Shown here: piece by piece, positions 47,611 to 62,280 of the stretch
Position numbering within the stretch: the stretch's first letter is position 1
How the letters are laid out: every line of letters starts with the position of its first letter
Origin: Lytechinus pictus
Taxonomy: Eukaryota
Direction: 5' to 3'
NCBI RefSeq assembly: GCF_037042905.1
Contig: NC_087250.1
Coordinates: forward strand, 9,364,001 to 9,428,000
DNA: 64,000 nucleotides
Position numbers and translations under genes: made by a program
The notes under the pieces: generated by a model
Database searches by the model: none
What the model saw: only the letters and a program-made list of their open reading frames with translations
What the model was told of the DNA's origin: nothing

Positions 47611-47724
47611 GGTGAAGATCAAGCTCGAGTCCAACTCAAATCAGAGCGAAGTCAAAGAAGTTTCTCCTCACTTTCTCCCGTCGAAAAGTGATTTCGAAAT
47701 GCAAATGATACAGGCCGACTCATC

Positions 47725-47732
47725 TATTTATG
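47725..47732 (-). promoter_or_regulatory. TATA-like box of the SRCR gene
   Basis: CATAAATA on the - strand about 115 nt upstream of the ATG. Confidence 0.4.
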
Positions 47733-47774
47733 CACACATGTGACCTTCTCAAGCATTATGGCCTTCATTGCAGC

Positions 47775-48200
47775 TCAGTTCAGAGATCCATTCTGCGCAT
47801 GATCCGAAGATTCTGCGCATGATCAGAAGAAGGTCATTTGTACTCAAGTGACATGGTATATTCAATGAGATAAGCACCAACTCTGATGTCTTGATTATTC
47901 ATAATATTCTTTTGAATTGTGCCTTTCATTCGGTCCTAATAGAAACAAAAATGCGTCCACTGGCGACTGGTATTTCACAGTTGGCCAAATACATTGTTAA
48001 AAAGCAACATACTAATGCAGTGACTACAAAATAATGGAACTAACACCTTCATATAATGTTCACTGATGTGCTATTCTAGTCACCTGGTCTCTGCAATTTC
48101 TGCCTCCTGCTATGTAAGGCATGCTTACACAATATCTGCCTATCATAATGAAAGAAATGAAAGGTCATTCGACAATAACTGGTAACTCCGAACTAGTTTT
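47775..48200 (-). mobile_element. Family R element, internally deleted copy upstream of the SRCR gene
   Basis: Reverse complement aligns with 9259-9632 and with 8042-8108. Confidence 0.75.
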
Positions 48201-48603
48201 TTTTAGGGGGGTGTTACAGATTGATCATAGGGGCCGTGGCTATCTTTTTTTTCTATTAACATACACAAACAAAATCTGGCGACGATTGCTCTGCTGCAAA
48301 TTCCACACACTAATGGAATAACCAACTTCAACCCGTGATTTAACACTATACCCTGTCTTAAACATAGCCCTAACCCTAACATAAAACCATTATATACATA
48401 GTCAGGTATATTATTCGTTTTATTATTTTCTTCTTAAAATTGCAATTAGCCAAAGTACCTGCTCCTGCTGCCCGCCTTATTCTTTCCTCTGTCCCTCCTG
48501 TCTCCCCCCCCCCCTCACCTCCCCCCTCTCTTATAATATTGTAAAACGTAATTTTTCTCACACGATCCATCAGTTACGTTTTTGTCAAGTGCACAAAAAT
48601 TGT

Positions 48604-48908
48604 TTGTATTTATTTTTAAACAAAAATATTATTAAGACCCAATATTTATTTGTTGTAATTTTGTAATGTAATTAAGATAGGGGCTTGTCTCTTGTACAAG
48701 CTTTGCCTTTTTTCGGCAAGTCCCTCAGTTTTACTTTTAAATACAAATGTCATTTGAGATATCTTTATTTACTGAATTGTGTTCCTTAAATCTATGATTA
48801 TGTTATATATATTATATTTTGTCTTGTAGTATTTTCGACCTTGTTATGTTATGTTAATCATATTATGTACAATTGTGAAACGGAAATAAATAAATCAAAT
48901 CAAATCAA
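48604..48908 (+). mobile_element. LINE 3'UTR/tail fragment
   Basis: Inverted near-copy of 32918-33228. Confidence 0.7.
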
Positions 48909-49196
48909 TCATCTTGCAACCCTAACCCTTACCATTATCGTTATATATTTTCTTTGGTTTTTGTTTTTGTTGATTTTTTTTCTTCTAAGTAGATTGTTTT
49001 GTATTTAGACGTCTAGACTGAATTCTTCTCCGGAAATATTATTGTTACGCGCCATTAAAAACGCTTAAATTAATGACAAGCTTGTGAAAGCTTATGAACT
49101 AATCGCTTAAGAGTATTAAGCAATGTCTTTATGACCATCCTGTGGTACGTATCTAGGCCTATAATTATGCGATAATAATAAATGACAGGCCTATTG

Positions 49197-49465
49197 TGGG
49201 CGCGTTGTGGTATAGTGATTCTCACTCTCGTCTTTCAAACAAAGGGTCGTGGGTTCTAATCCTAGCCATGATGTGTTTTCCTTCAGCAATAAATTAAAAG
49301 CCATATTGTGCTGCCCTCGAGCCAAGTGAGGTGGATGGGATCCTAGCAAGATAAATTGATTGAATGCTCTAAGCGCCATTGAAAAAAGTTGTAGCTCGAG
49401 CTAAGCCGGGTTCATAATAGCAGCACTTTGTATTATCAGGCAAAAATCGCTGTAACAGTCCAGCT
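49197..49465 (+). mobile_element. tRNA-derived SINE
   Basis: Homologous to 49804-50088. Confidence 0.7.
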
Positions 49466-49803
49466 ACACTGTAAAGTAAATTTTAACCAGCACGATGGCA
49501 ATAATGTGTCCAACCCATTTGGGGTAGTATTTTACCCAATGCGTGAAGCATACTCTCCAGTAAGGTTAAAAAATAAGCAGTAATTACTTTAGAATGGGCA
49601 AAAAGTTCATCACACTTGAATAATAACGATGCTTAAAACATGTAAAAGAAATTCCCAATGTTGGTTGCAACATAAGAACCCTCATGGAGCATTTTTGCCC
49701 AATAATTTTAGAGTATTATTATCAATATCATTCAACCGATGATGAAAATGTCTCTTTCTTGAGCACCGTATTTGGGTTTTAGCACTTCATCCATCATTGG
49801 ATG

Positions 49804-50088
49804 TGGAGCGTTGTGGCCCAGTGGATTAGTCTTCGGACTTTGAAACAGAGGGTCGTGTGTTCGATTCCCAGCCATGACGTAATTTCCTTCAGCAAGAAAC
49901 TGATCCACAATGTGCTGCACTCAACCCAGGTGAGGCAAATGGGTACCGGTAGGAAGTAATTCCTTAAAAAGCTGTGTGCGCTATGAACGCCTAGATTAGC
50001 CTGGTAATATAGGAGCGCCTTGAGCACCTAACAAGGTGGATATGTGCGCAATATAAATACCCTATATTATATTATTATTATTATTATT
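49804..50088 (+). mobile_element. tRNA-derived SINE (best preserved copy)
   Basis: A box tggcccagtgg, B box gttcgattcc, core ctcaacccaggtg..aatgggtacc, (ATT)n tail. Confidence 0.85.
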
Positions 50089-50319
50089 AGGGAGTATTCC
50101 CCGAAGTCGTTGTATGAAGCACAAACAACATTCGTTTACCCCAACTTTGTAATATTTTTTGTCTAAAATCACCTTCATTTGGGTTTTAAAACCCCCTTGT
50201 TTGCTTATATTTATTTTTATCTTTTGACAGAAATCATCCTTATTCGGATGTGAAGAGCAGCCCTCCTTAAACAAAAATCGTTCCTAGGCCCCTATGCATA
50301 ATTTAATTTCGTCCCTATA

Positions 50320-51729
50320 CAGTGCGTCCCAGAAAAAACGAAACCGAGATTAAGCGATGATTTATCATAACTTAATCACAAATACAATAGACAAATGACC
50401 TACCAATGTAAAGCTTAGAATCTCCTCTTTCATCTGTTAAAGGGGAATTTAGCCTTGGCCATCAAATGTTGTGTTGGGAAGGAGAAAAATAAATTAAACA
50501 GAATGGTGAAGGTTTGAAAGAAATCGGACAAGCAATAAATAAGTTATAGCTGCTTTAAAATTGAGATCACTAATAGTATGCAGATTTTAAATTGGCAACT
50601 TGGTAAGTAAATTATGACAAGGGGCAAGGACAACTTTCCCATAGGCCATGTACTTTATTATCGGGGATTTGTAGTTTTCTCCTAAGTACCCATTCCCCTG
50701 GGGCAGTAGTCTAAATATAACCCAGATAGTATATTGTTTAATGTCATCATGAAAGAAAAATATAATTTGAAATAAAACTTTTGGGAAAAATGACATTTTA
50801 GCCATAATATGTATTGGAGTACATGGAAGAGTAGTCTTTGCCTTACATCACTATGACATCCCATATGCGGCCAATTTGAAGTCTCCATGAGTATAGGGAT
50901 TACCAATATTTACAACTTTTGAAAATTCATAACTTTCTTGTTGTTTGTCCAATATTGTTCAAACTTTCACCTATCAACTTGTCTGATTTTTCTTTTTCTT
51001 ATAAAAACAAGTTTTTATTTGGGTTGGATTCCCCTTTAATTAGATTATTCCTCATTCACGCATGAGTGAGCAAAAACAATTTGAAGAAAGGATACCAAAA
51101 ACTCATTTGGCGGGGGGTATCTGAATTTCAAAAAGAAAATCACATGCCTAAAAAGTTCAATATCTGCTCTTTTATTTGATACCTTAATCACAAAAAATGG
51201 TTAAGAAGTAAAAAAGTTATGTTCCCTCGAAACAATGCTTGTATTTCCATAATTTCATTAAATAAACGTGTTTTCATCCCACAGAAGCTATCGCATGATT
51301 AACAAAAGACTTAATGCATGGCTGATCGTCAACAAAACGGAGTGTCAAGTGAGTTTGAACGTTAGCCTGTAAAACTTCTTCATTTTATGAAATTATTGAA
51401 ATTCAAGCCTTATTTCAAATAACCAGAACTCTGTTATTTCTTGACCATTTTCTGTAATTGAGGTATCAAATTAAAGAGCAGATATTGAACTTTTTAAAAA
51501 TTTGGTTTTCTTTTTTAAACCCAGATACAGCCCGCCAAATGACTTTTTGGTATCCCCTCTTCAAATTGTTTTTGCTCACTCATGCGTAAATGAGAAATAA
51601 TCTAAGTATTTTCAGATGAAAGAGGAGATTCTAAGCTTTACAATGGTAGGTCATTTGTCTATTGTATTTGTAATTAAATTATGATAAATCATCGATAAAT
51701 CTCGGTTTCGTTTTTTGTGGGACGCACTG
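50320..51729. mobile_element. Tc1/mariner-like MITE (CAGTG ends, TA TSD, long TIRs)
   Basis: ta-cagtgcgtcccagaaaaaacgaaaccgagatt / aatctcggtttcgttttttgtgggacgcactg-ta. Confidence 0.88.
50441..51035. mobile_element. Kolobok-like MITE nested in the left TIR of the Tc1-like element
   Basis: ttaa-aggggaat ... attcccct-ttaa. Confidence 0.85.
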
Positions 51730-52269
51730 TAGATACGCTCTTCCAACGGACTTAAACTGTCCCGGTTTTGGCCCTATGTCCAGCATTTCACAGCATAAAA
51801 CTTTTTCATTGAATTAATTCCCACTTACGCCACCTGGGTTGAGAGCAACACAGTGAGGCAAAATCCCAAAGTGGATTAGTCTCCAGATTTTGAAACAGAG
51901 GGTCGCGGGTTCAATTCCCAGCCATGGCGTAGTTTTCTCCAACAAGATATTGCTCCATATTGTGTTGTAGTCGAACCAGCTAGTGAGGTAAATTGGTACC
52001 TGGTAGGAATGAACTCCTTGACTTGTGTGCGCTGTAAATAATTTTGTTTCTGTTGCTGTTTATGGTAAATCCCGTAGGAACTCATCAGGACAACATTTTA
52101 CTGGTAAACGCCAAGCTGGTATATAACCAATTACCTGGGAAACATTTTACGTCTAGCTTAATCAGTCATAATGGCAGACCTTGTAGACGAAATATATTAC
52201 TAACGGGCCTTTTTATCAAAGTGAAAACAATTGCAGAGTGGGGATTCGAACTCATAACCTTGCGATTAT

Positions 52270-52580
52270 GGCCCGTATTCTGAAGTCGGGTTTGACTCAA
52301 ACTCAGGTTTAAAGTTGTGGTTTAAGTATGGATAGCCAATTGTTACATAAATCACAACAGTAGAGATATAATATTTCACCTCATTTGGCTCTCAAATCAT
52401 TCATAATTGTGTAGGAAGTATAAATAGATTATTGTCTACACCATCGATGAATCAGGAAAGAGCACAGTAAACATAAGAAACATACAACTTAATAAAAAAA
52501 ATTGTCACTTTTGGCTTCCCATAATTTTAATACAGAGTTAGACCATGGTCTAAGTTAAACCTGACTTCAGAATACGGACC
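52270..52580. mobile_element. MITE family D inserted in a SINE head
   Basis: TAT TSD. The flanks rejoin into a minus-strand tRNA-like sequence (ggattcgaactc...). Confidence 0.88.
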
Positions 52581-53219
52581 TATGAGTCCAATGCTCACCA
52601 CTGAACCTCACGACTCTCAATTACGAGCGCCAAGCTAAAACCTTTGTGTTACGGGGCCCTAATTGTATTAAATATTATGTTGTGACACAAGGGAATATAT
52701 TAGGACCTCTACTATTCTTCAACATGATATATGACTCATGTAAGATATCGGTATTGTCATACCTGAATATGGACAATTACACATTGTGCAAAGTAGGAAA
52801 TTAAATCAACCATTCACTGTCTCTTAAAGATGTTAGGCAACATACTGTCCACACAACAACTGATTGAAACTGTATCCGATTCTGGGTAGTTTTAAACCAA
52901 TAATGTGTGCTTTGGGTGAAAACTACACAGTATTGGTTGAAAAATATCAAGATCTCAATGATTTTTTTTTTGTTGTGTGGACACAGTATGTTGCCCAACA
53001 TTTTAAGAGTGCCCTTTAGCATGCAAAATTGTCAAAAGCCACCCGACAACCAACACTAAGTCGCCGAAAAATTAACTTCAAGATGGAGAAATCAACGTTT
53101 AAAGTTAATAAGGATCTACTCAAGCATGAGACGTGTAGATTGTTGAATCTCGGTGAAACGCCCAAGCAGTCTGGAAAAATACTATTGTATGTTGTTTTTA
53201 ACAGTTGGAAGTAGATATA

Positions 53220-53461
53220 CACTGCAAAAACTCCGGTGTTGATTTAACACCAGCCCGGAATCTATATATGTCCACACCAGAAAAGTATTGAAACAACACC
53301 AGTTTGGAATCAAACTGATGCTGTTCTAATATTATTTGGTGTTAAAAAAAAAGTTTTCTGGTGTTAGACCAAAACGAAACTGGTGTTGTTTAACACTTTT
53401 CTGGTGTGGACATATATAGATTCCGGGCTGGTGTAATATCAACACCGGAGTTTTTGCAGTG
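53220..53461. mobile_element. MITE family A with TA TSD
   Basis: ta-cactgcaaaaactccgg ... ccggagtttttgcagtg-ta. Confidence 0.92.
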
Positions 53462-54164
53462 TACTCTTTCAGATAAATATTTTTGTTTGCCTTTTTTAAG
53501 AATTAAATTACGATTGGCTATTTACAGACACCATACCCTGGCAACCAGGGCCCTGGGATCGACTTTAAGTAGGGGTGCTGATGTGAATTAAAAAAAAAAA
53601 GGTTTTCACTACATAACGGATTTCAAATTGTTCGAGAGAAATTTGAAAAGCAAGACAAAAATGGGGTTTTACTACACAATGAAACTGAAATTGGTGCCAC
53701 GAAATTTGCAAAGCAAAAGAAGGTATCACTACAAAATGAAAGTCATTTTTGTTACATTTTTCACAACTTCCAGAATACCTGGGGGTGCTGCCTATGGAGA
53801 ATAATACACGCACGCAGCACCCCCAAGCACCTCCGCTTCCCAGGGCCATGTAACCCAGATTTAACAATAAGTCTGGCGACGTATTGTTAGATTCTGGGGT
53901 ACTGGTCATATTATTAATGTACTGAATGATATCCGTGTCTGTTTCATTTAGAATAGCGTGACCTTGATGTCGCTGAATCCATAATAGAAAAAAAATGTTT
54001 TGCCATGACAAGTTACATCAAATCCGAATACTGTCGAATAAATTCGGACCCATTCTGCCCGAATATGGCCTGATTTAGATAATTTCGGTGGATTCGAATG
54101 TTCCTGAGTCCCTCCCGAATTTTCTCGCGTTCGCGGAGGGAGAACAGAATACTCCCGAAACCAC

Positions 54165-54592
54165 CCCGGGGGAGGGGGCAGTCAAATATATTGTTGTACA
54201 CACGCGTGACCAAAAAAATGCGTTTTTCAGTTTGGACGCGGGCCGCACGTGCACTCTTAAAGGATATAAAAAACGCCTATAAAAAAAACGGTAGTTTTGA
54301 AAGACTGGTCAATGGTCAATCGCAGGGTCAAACGTATTTAGGGTATGTTTTTTCCAAAGCTTTTTTTAGACTAGCCAAACGTGTTTAGTGTATGGTTTTC
54401 TTTTCCCCAAGCTTTTTCCCCGGGGTTATATTCTGGCGACAACTTGTTTAGGGGCCAAAAAGCCCGCGAAAAACTTGTGTATGGGGTTATTTTGCACACA
54501 GAGAAAAACTCGTGTAGGGGGTGTTTGGAAATAATTTGGCCACGCGTGTGTACAGCAATACATTTGACTGCAACCACCCCCCCCCCAACCGG
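54165..54592. mobile_element. MITE with 8-bp TSD (GAAACCAC) inserted in a tandem repeat (54020-54835)
   Basis: TIR gcagtcaaatatattgttgtacacacgcgtg / cacgcgtgtgtacagcaatacatttgactgc. Confidence 0.85.
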
Positions 54593-55377
54593 GAAACCAC
54601 CAAAATTCGTGTATTCGGATGAATTCGCAGCTAACCGGCCTTTACACCAAAATCGAATTCTCCCGAATAAATTGGGACCGATTCTTCCCGAATTCGGCAT
54701 AATTCTGTTGGTTCCGTTGGAATCGAATGTTTCCGAATCCTTTCTGAGATTTCTCGCATTCGCGGAGGAGAACAGAATACTCCCAAAACCACCCGAATAC
54801 GTGTATTTGGATGGATTTGCAGCTGATTCGATTCCAGTGTAACTCTAGCTTAACCCTAAAATGACTGGGCTATTTGAGATGTATTGAAGACGGGGGGAGG
54901 GCATGATGCCTCCCCTCCCCCTTCTGATCTCGGCCGCCGTTTGTGCGGTCACGCCGAAATTAGTCACGCCCATTCTTTACCACATAAATTACGAGCCAGT
55001 AAAAATAACTCTGAAAATAATATTTTTTGTTTATTATGAATAAAATATGCAAATTTATTCGTGAAAAACATTATTTGCATATTGAACACCCAATTTCAAT
55101 TCAAATTTTCTCTTTTTTCCCAGATCTCATCTTAGTAAACTAATTAAAAGCTTTCCACAAAGAAAAATTTCGGAAGCCAATTTTTTCCTTATTTCTTTGC
55201 TTTTAGAATTTCTTATCTATCTCATTGTTCTTCTTTTTTTTTATTGTCTTTTCAATGGAAATTATAACAGACCATTTAACAACTAAATTAAACCCTAAAT
55301 TAATTAAGCAGACCAATTAGAATGAAAAATAATCACCCTTTTATAAATTTTATATCCCATAGACTTTGTACATAAGG

Positions 55378-56952
55378 TATTCAAGTTCAAACTTTATTTC
55401 ATTTATCAACTCAATACAAGATAAGGAATAATTACACAGATATAAAATGGTAACCGTACAAATCAATACAAATGAATATACATTGCAAGTAATATGACTA
55501 TACAAGAAAGTAAATAAATGTTTATGGTAAACACTAAATAACGTGATAATCATATCAACCATTAACAATATATACAATGGAAATAGAACAAAATGTATGC
55601 CATTCTCGGAAAAAAAAATATTTAAAAAATGCAAGGCTACCTTTATAACTCTTTTTTTTTTCAATAAGTAAGGTTGAGTAAATGGAGGGATCCACTAAAA
55701 AGCAGGGCTTGTTGAGTGTGGACCCCTCAGAGAATCAAAGATGGTTTAAAGTACAGGTATAAAACGAAAATGAGAATGAGAGAGAGAAAAAAAAAGAATA
55801 AGGTTGATGTGATAGTCGATGAAGAAATACCGAGATAATGGATGAAGAATTATATCAAAAGGATAGGGTGGTGCACATGTGTGGTTGAAAGAAGAAGAGA
55901 AGAAGGAGAAACAAAAAAAAAACAAAAGAGTGAAAGGCATAAGACCGATGAAGGAGAATGAGCGGAAGAGAGCGAGGTAGACAGACGGTCAGGGAGGGGG
56001 GGGGAGAAAGAAGAGGGTAAAAGGGATTGGTTATCGACTGTTCAATTGGAATTTGCTTTATATGATTCAAGAATTTGTTTCTTCAGTTTAATCTTAAAAC
56101 TGTTCAAACTGGCAGCATTTACGATGTCATTGCTGAGTGAGTTCCAGTATTTAGGGCCATAGAAGGTAATTGTTTTTTGTGCGAAGAGAGTACGGGTACG
56201 GGGTAGGTGGAAGCGACGGGATTGTCGGGTTGGATAATTGTGAATAGTGTTGTTTTTTGTAAACATGATCATCAAAATGTTTAGTAATTTATTTGTGTTC
56301 AGTTTGTACATGAATTGTCCTGTATGAAAAAGAAATAAATCCGGAAATTTGAGGAGATTCGACTTGTAGAACAAATCATCAGAGTATGACATCGAAAAGG
56401 AGCATTATGTATAATCCTTATAACCTTCTTTTGTAGAATAAGCATTTTGTCGGTGAGACTCTTGTAGGCGTTACCCCAAGCCAGTATTCCATAATTAAAA
56501 TACGGAAGTATAAGTGATAAATAAAGTGTAAATAGTGTTGGTTTTGGAAAGAAATGTCGAAGTTTGTTCATTATACCAACATTCCGCGATACAGTTTTGG
56601 AAATATTTTGAATATGAATGTTCCATTTTAATTTATCGTCAATTGTGAGGCCTAAGAATTTGGTTGATGTGACCCTATTGAGAGGTGTGTTTTCCAAAAG
56701 GATGTCTCCGGGTAGATTTCGCAAAGTGTTACTAAATAACATAAAATTTGTCTTAACGATGTTTAGAGATAATTTGTTGGCTTTAACCCACTGTACTACA
56801 CGTTCTAGTTCAAGATTTATAGTAGAAAGAAGAGTAATTGGGTTTGCATGAGAATAAAATAAGTTGGAATCGTCTGCAAATAAAATGAAAGATAGAACGT
56901 CTGAAGATTTATAAAAGTCGTTTATGTATATGATAAATAACAAGGGGCCAAG
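55378..56952 (-). mobile_element. 5'-truncated CR1/L2-group LINE: RT C-terminal half and 3'UTR, frameshifted
   Basis: LGPLLFIIYINDF...FADDSNLF...KFLGLTIDDKLKW...YGPKYWNSL across two frames. Tail aataaagtttgaacttgaa. Confidence 0.92.
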
Positions 56953-58256
56953 GTATAAAAATGAGCCCCGGAAAAGTTTTGAAAATGTGTGTGAGGGGGG
57001 GGGGGGGCTGAGGCCTATAGGGGTTGACCTAGCAGAAAATGACAGTAGCGCAAGGAGACAACCATTTTGAAGGATGCAGGCATGGCGTATATGGGACAAA
57101 AAAATATATTTAAAAAAAGCAAGTCAGCACAACTATTGCCCTTTTTAGACAAATTTCAAGTTTTGTGTCAGATTTTAAACGAAAATATTTCAAAAACTAA
57201 TATCACATTTCACCCTCCTCCTTTCCTTTTCTCTCCTTTTCTCATTTTTTTTTCTTGGTGCTGGTGAAAATATTGGGGGCCATTGTCCCAACCCCCCCCC
57301 CCTTCTGTACGCCAGTGCCAAGTAGTAATTTTGACATTTTTGTATACGTTTATCAAACACGAAATAAGAGGGGCTATCCACTACCAGTCCCGCAAGATAG
57401 CTTACTATTCAATTCAATTCAAATCTTTATTTCATTTCCATTCAAACATAATACAAAGTAATATAAATCGGATACCATTTTACAGGTGAACATTCTCATC
57501 TCGTAACAAAAATAAAAGTATAAAATTTGAATTTTGGAATGAGAATACTGATATTTTTTACTTGTTCCGTATAACCCAACTTTTGTAATGCTTTGATAGT
57601 TTTTTTTTTAAATGAAATGTGGAAACAGATAAATCAAGCAATAAGTTGAATGACCCCAATACAAGGACGCCTGACTGTGAGGGCGTAATATCCTTTATAC
57701 AGGTTCAACGTCTGGAAATGTCACAAAACTGGACGCGAATATGTTTTGTAACTTTCGAATTACTTTCTAGGTGAATTAATATACCCAAAAGTAAACTAGG
57801 GCATTGAACAATCATGTGGATAAATACTTTAATTCTAAATAAGTCCACTTTAAAGCGATCAATTAAATCGCTTGGCTAACAATCAGATTCAGTGAAAATC
57901 TTATATCCGGCCTGATCTGTTTTAACAAATGATTCATTAATAAAATTGTGAAATACGTTCAGATATCTATATCGATACTTACTTGTTCTTATTTAACTTG
58001 GGTTTTATAAGGGGAGGGGGGGGGGGCTAGGCGAAAAAAATGCCCGAATCTTAAACAGAATTCACTGTGTTGATTAGACCCCGAATAGAGTCTTTTAAGT
58101 AATTTTTCAAAGTTACTTTAAAAAAAAAGATATTTTTCAAAGTTAGGATTTTGTTTCCTTGCCCGGCGCTTCGTGTGTTGGATTGGCAAGGGTGCTGATG
58201 CTGCTGATTACTCATCATATCGTTATTATTTTGAGTATCAATATAGTTGTTATTAA

Positions 58257-58865
58257 AGGTCAAGTCCACCCCAGGAAAATGCTCATTTGAATAAATAGAG
58301 AAAAATCAAACTAGCATAGTGCTGAAAATTTCATCAAAATCGGATGTAAAATAAAAAAGTTTATGACATTTTAAAGTTTCGCTTTAATATTTTTCACAAA
58401 ACAGTGATATGCACAATTAGGTGAGTGAGTCGATGATGTCCATCACTCACTAATTCTTTGTTTTTTATTGTTTGAATTATACAATATTACATTTTTTACA
58501 GATTTGACAATGAGGACCAACTTGACTGAACCATATAGTATTAAACAATGCTAGTTTTACATGTTCAGGGAGGAATTAATAATTGTATCACTTGACAATG
58601 AGGAGAAAATTAGAATATTTCATATTTTGTATAATCAAATACAAAGGAAATACATGTAGTCCGTGGAATACGTCATAGTCTCATCATTTGCATACAAGCC
58701 AGGATGTGCATATAAATGTTTTGTGAAATTAAGCGAAGCTTTAAAATGTCATAACTTTCTTATTTTACATCCGATTTTCATGAAATTTCAGTGTTATGCT
58801 TGTTGGATTTTTCTCTTTTTATTGATATCAACTTTTTGTTTGGGTGGACAACGTAATAATAATCT
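58257..58865. mobile_element. TTAA-flanked MITE (Kolobok-like)
   Basis: ttaa-aggtcaagtccacccc ... gggtggac, plus subterminal inverted repeats. Confidence 0.75.
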
Positions 58866-60639
58866 TTAAAACAATAAATATGATAATGATGATAATAATA
58901 ATAATACACATTAAAAAAAAATAGCACATTGGTTTAGCCCGTCACAAGAACAAGAGAAGAAGAACAAGAACAAGTTTAAGAACTATTTAACAACAGTATA
59001 AGAACAAGTTGTTTACACTTTTTTTTTTTAACTTAAAAAAAATGTTTAAATAGTTTAAACAGTTGTTTAATCTTTTAAAACGGTTATTTAAAAGTTTAAA
59101 CAATGGTTGTTAAAGTGATGGGCTTAAACAACGTGCTAACAGCGTTTTTACAGTGTAACAACAATAAACACCATCATCATCATCATCATCATAAGACCGC
59201 CATAATCTTGTGTTTAATGACATTAACTGGCAGTTCCTGGTATGATTTGTCTTCATCTTCCACTGATTCTAATGTATTACTCTATTTTTAAGTATTTATA
59301 TTTATTATGCTGGTGTTATTTGTTGTTGTTTTCTGGTTTTATGGTTGTTTTCTTTGTATGGTATATGCATTGTTTTACTCTTTGTATAGTGTATACTATT
59401 GTAATATGTTTGTATTTTAACAGGGCTCTCTCGTAAAGCAGTTTTTTACTGAAGAGACCACCCAGGGTAAATAAAACAAAATAAATAAATAAACCATCAT
59501 CATCATAATTGCTTTTATGTAGCAACAAAATATAACACTACTATGACGAGAAACTCGAATTGCGAAGACCCAGATACGTATATATATCAGTGATATACCA
59601 GACCGATAAGAAAGGCTCTCGGACATTAACAGAGTGAAATTCTTTGTTACACTTGAAATAAGTTTTGTTAGAGCATGGGTCCTACTAGTAGGATCCATGG
59701 TTAGAGCAAAGTAATTCAAGGGAAAATATACGGACTTCATCTTCATGATGATGATGATAATAACATATTTGTGTTATCTACTTTTTGAGGGGCCCACATT
59801 GTACAAGCATTGATTTTTAGTGGGTCCCTCCATTTCCATCTTAATTTAATTTCTATTGAAAAATAGTATACTTATTTAAAACCTACAATGTGTTGCCCAA
59901 ATTGTCTAAGTGGTTTTTTTTTTCACAACATATGTATCATTATTTTCTTTTTTTTTTGCAACCTATACAAATATTTATGTTTATATATGGTATACAATTC
60001 ATGTATGTACAATTGATGGAAGTGAAATAAATAAATTTGAATTTGATAATGATAAAATGATAAATGACATCCCACTGTGCTTTTTCTAACTCATCACAAC
60101 AGTCATAACCTCATATACAGGCAAGGCATTTATATTAAAAAAAAAATAAACAGAAGCATGTTGAAATTAAAGGATGAAAAAATGGGTAAGTCTTCGAAAA
60201 TGGGGAAAAACTAGGATACAAGTTTCGTATTGTAGTTGGAAGTTAAGACTTATCTAGCATAGACATGATAGAGGTGTTTGGAATACATGGTTGAAAAGAA
60301 TTATGACATTATGGAGTTAACTGCCGCATAAATTTATAGTCATAACCGCCCCCCCCCCCCCCGAGATAAAAGGTAGAATATTAACATAACAATAATAACT
60401 GTGATAATAATATTGAAAATAATGATAATGAATAAAAAGATAAAGTAAGGAATAAAATGAAAAATAAAGAAAAAAAAATTAACAATATATAAACGTTCAT
60501 CACAACGCACATAATTCGAACAAAATATGAAGTGAAGTTCAGGCAATGATAAATTTCAGCATGTCTGAAAACCAAAATCAATAAACAAATAAACCTCATA
60601 AAATTTTACATCATGAAGCCTGCAAGATCGTATCGGACA

Positions 60640-60886
60640 CATTGCAAACACTCCGGTGTTTATTTAACACCAGCCCGGAATCTATACAATATATGTCCAC
60701 ACCAGAGAAGTATTGAAACAACACCAGCTTGGAATCAAACCGATGCTGTTTTAATACTAATTGGTGTTGTATAAACACCTATCTGGTGTTGGATCAAAAC
60801 GAAACTGGTGTTATTTAGCACCTCTCTGGTGTGGACATATATAGATTCCGGGCTGGTGTTAAATCAACACCAAAAGTTTTTGCAGT
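60640..60886. mobile_element. MITE family A
   Basis: Homologous to 53220-53461. Confidence 0.88.
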
Positions 60887-61802
60887 ACATGGGGTGAAAA
60901 CCGTGATACCGCCAATCTCTATAACATGGGGGAGGTCAGAAACACATTTGGAGGAAGGATTCGTGTCTGAGTTCATGATTATAAGAAAATAAAATGGCAC
61001 TAGAAGGAAGTGGCGTACAGATAAATTTTTTTTGAGGGGGCTGAATTTGACGTATTGCGTAAAATTTATAAGAAGTTGCGAGCGAGCGAAGCAACCCAGA
61101 ACAAAAATTGGCAGTTTTATTATAAGATTCAAGTTTGTGAGAGATTTTGACACAATATTCAGAAAATAATATCGTATTTCACCGTTATCCCTTTCCTCTT
61201 CTCTCCTTTTTTCTTGGTCGTGAAAAATTTGGAGGGGGCAAGAGCCCCACCACCCCCCCCCCCCCATCTGTACACCAATGTTTAAAGGTCAGAAATACAT
61301 TCGGAGAAATTGAGACAAGGATTCGTGTCTGAGATGAAGATTATAAGATAATAAAATGGCACTAGCTGTAGCAAATCGCTTTAGATTCGGATTTGTCTAG
61401 ATCAGGAAACAATTCGAGATCTTTTTTATTTGTTCTTCTTTGTTTGAAAAGAAAATGAAATTGTTGATTCCCCGAGTTCTTCAGGAAACGTCGAAACGCT
61501 TCGATTCGTGATTATTGTATTTTTGTTCTATTTCACTGGAATCATGAGAGAAGACCTAATGTAAAAACAAAAGAAATTAAAATTGTTGATTCCGCGATTT
61601 CATCGGATAATCCGAAACAGCTCGAGTCATGATTATTGCATTTCGTTATATTTCATTTGACTCAGAATACACCGAACTCAAGTAGTATGATATACATGTA
61701 TCGATGAAGAGGGTTTTACTATAGCTCGTGGAATCGTTTGCGATCATTAAAGGAGAATGAAACTCTTGGAGCAAGTTAGCTTTTGTGAAAGCAGAAAAAT
61801 CA

Positions 61803-62280
61803 AAGAATAAGATCAACAAAAGTTTGAGTAAAATAGGACTAGCAATAGAAGAGCATTTGAGCATTTGAATGTCGAGATCAATAATGCTATGGAGATCCTC
61901 CCATTGGCAATGCGACCACGATCTATGATGTAACAGATGAACAACTCTCCCCTTTTGGACACTGAAAATATACCCCAAAACATCTCTTTTTGCTCATTCT
62001 AATCATATGACAAACGATTTATCAATGATATAATGTTGTGAAACCTCTGTACTTGTCCTCTCATAAAGAGAACACCTCACCTTGTGATAGACTCTATAAA
62101 AATTAGAATATAAGTGAAATAAGTACTAAAGTAATGAGGGAGTTGTACGTGTGTGACATCACAGATCTTGGTCGCATTGCCAATGGGAGGATCTACATGG
62201 CATTATTGATCTCGACATTCAAATGCTCAAATGCTCTTCTATTGCTAGTCCTATTTTACTCAAACTTTTGTTGATCTTAT
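61803..62280. mobile_element. Foldback/MITE-like element truncated at the duplication junction
   Basis: 61808-61925 is the inverted repeat of 62163-62280. Confidence 0.7.

Noticed and set aside
49804..49880. Functional tRNA gene
   Set aside because: The tRNA-like head runs into a shared SINE body and (ATT)n tail, with several diverged copies in the window.
54013..54842. ORF cluster of 64-153 aa
   Set aside because: Derived from a MITE inserted in a tandem repeat.
56042..57099. Intact or domesticated reverse transcriptase gene
   Set aside because: 5'-truncated within the RT, frameshifted, and ends in a typical LINE tail.
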